The notes beneath the pieces are model-generated. The model ran no database searches, was not told where the DNA came from, and saw only the letters and a list, made by a program, of their open reading frames with translations. This document shows positions 30,218 to 32,000 of a stretch of DNA of 32,000 bases, one piece after another (position 1 is the first letter of the stretch; each line of letters opens with the position of its first letter). The stretch lies in contig BAAFSQ010000092.1 in the NCBI GenBank assembly GCA_054661495.1, forward strand, positions 3,792 through 35,791. Direction: 5' to 3'. Source of the DNA: Zygophlyctis sp. KS116 (lineage: Eukaryota > Fungi > Chytridiomycota). The translations under genes were made by a program, and so were the position numbers.

Positions 30218-32000
30218 TTATAAAATTTCACATTGTCTAGTTCGCCTTATTTCAGGTGGTCTTTTGAAATTCTTTCTTTGAATCTCCTGAGAATAACGTA
30301 AAACCGGAATCTCGTCGCTAACGTCTGCTGTAAACCCATTCATTATTCTATTAAGATCAGTACGTAGGCGAATCGCATTTGAATTGATCTTATCAGAATC
30401 AAACAGCTCTGAATATGAAGGTTGTGCCAGTCTTAAAGCCTTTTCATCTGGAGACTGAGGTGAATTCCCTGTATTCTGATCAATATTTTCGGCAGAAATT
30501 CCGTCTACTACAACAACTGTACTTTCTTCCCCGTCACTGTGATAAGATACTGGCTCATCTAATTTTAAGCTCAAAGCAGATGAATGCTTTTCAACAGTGC
30601 TACTACCAGTAGATAGTATGCTTACCATGCTCCCTTTTCTTTTAGCTATGGTTTTTTGATCATCGGCCATAAGATCTTCTGCGGGATCTTGAATTTTTAA
30701 AACCTTTTCTTCAGAAATAATAGATATTTCCGTTCTTTGAGTACAAATTGAATCTTTTGTACTTTTAATTACTAGAATTAATCAAATAAATTAGATACCC
30801 TCTTCAACATAAAGACTTTCCTTATGAGACTCCGATATAAGCACACCATTTGATATTTCAGCAGTATTATTAGATCTATAGCTCTCTATAATCGATAATT
30901 CTACAGGTCCTGTTGATATGGGTGCTGCTATTATTTTCTGTAGCACATTATGCTGTTGGGTAATATTTTGAGTACCGACGGATGAAACGTCTGCCTTAAA
31001 CTTATCAGATAATCTTTCTTGGGAGGCCATTTTTTCCAATTCTGGTGAAACTACGAGGTTATCCAATAGGGACTCGTCCACAGTTCTTGGGCTTTCTTCA
31101 GCTTCATAAAATACTTCTTCTAATAAATCCACGGGTGATTCAACAACACTAGAGACTTTTATTTCTTCAGTATTCCCTAAATGCAGTTCATTTTGATTTA
31201 ATGATAGGTCCCGTATTATATTTGATTGAAAATCTACCTGTCTAAGCACAGTTATTTCCTCTTCATCTTCCTCCAGAATATGGGAAGATAAATATGTTAC
31301 TTTCTCAGACTCTTTTGAAGGTTCAATTACATATTGATCGTCTACCACCTTCTTCAAACCAGCTTCAACTTTAGACTGAGATGATGCATCTCTGATATAA
31401 GCTTCTAAAAAGTCATTCTGAACATTAATATCAGCTTCAGCCGAAATTTCTGATGATTCAGGAACATGTTCATCCTCTGATTCTTGCAGCACAACAACAT
31501 CTTCTATAACATGCGCATCCGAGATCGATGCTTTTGAAACATCAAAATTAGCAGCATTATTAGAATCCGTTAAAGTAACTTTTTCTGATAATTCAGAAAC
31601 CTGCTCATCCTCTGATTCTTGCAGAACAACAGCATCTTCTATCACGTTTTCTTCTACTAAAACTTTAAATTTAGCAAAAAAAATATTACCAGCTTCAGCC
31701 GACATTTCTGATGATTCAGGAACATGTTCATCCTTTGATTCTTGCAGAACAACAGCATCTTCTATCACGTTTTCTTCTACTAAAACTTTAAATTTAGCAA
31801 AACAATTATTACCAGCTTCAGCCGACATTTCTGATGATTCAGGAACATGTTCATCCTCTGATTCTTGCAGAACAACAACATCTTCTATCACGTTTTCTTC
31901 TACTAAAACTTTAAATTTAGCAAAACAATTATTACCAGCTTCAGCCGACATTTCTGATGATTCAGGAACATGTTCATCCTCTGATTCTTGCAGAACAACA
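30218..32000 (-). CDS. Large acidic low-complexity protein with 41-aa tandem repeats (5' end outside window)
   Basis: ORF 30791..31951 is open to the window edge and joins ORF 30218..30670 in frame via 27-nt intron 30772-30798. Confidence 0.7.
31603..32000. repeat. 123-bp coding tandem repeat (at least 3 near-identical units, continuing past the window), with a partial copy at about 31432-31510
   Basis: The anchor t(c/t)tgattcttgcagaacaac recurs at a 123-nt period. The unit encodes MSAEAGNNCFAKFKVLVEENVIEDVVVLQESEDEHVPESSE. Confidence 0.95.

Noticed and set aside
31603-32000. Repeat array as CRISPR or non-coding satellite
   Set aside because: There are no unique spacers. The 123-bp period is a multiple of 3 and stays open as a 41-aa coding repeat in a eukaryotic gene.

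Overview
Eukaryotic, AT-rich and extremely gene-dense DNA: about 26 protein-coding genes in 32 kb. It is most consistent with a flagellated early-diverging fungus such as a chytrid. That is inferred from fungal-type URA4, Met30/SconB-like F-box and Sfr1/Mei5 occurring together with the axonemal gene RSPH9, plus CCDC148-like, SMU1 and MOV10-like genes. The supplied ORF track is fragmented because the genes are split by tiny spliceosomal introns. I reconstructed 45 by hand: 44 are 24-33 nt (mode 27-28) and one is ambiguous. Intergenic spacers are often only 2-50 nt. Highlights: (1) a tiny-intron splicing system with AAG acceptors, stopless 3n introns and a diverged SMU1; (2) a glutamyl-tRNA synthetase fused in cis to an Arc1p/EMAPII-like tRNA-binding domain; (3) operon-like spacing of tandem genes, including RSPH9 TGA-AAA-ATG Sfr1 in frame; (4) a CFIm25 homolog that appears to have lost its UGUA-binding residues; (5) a 123-bp coding tandem repeat. 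No rRNA, tRNA, CRISPR array or transposase was recognised. All gene identities come from remembered family motifs, not database searches.
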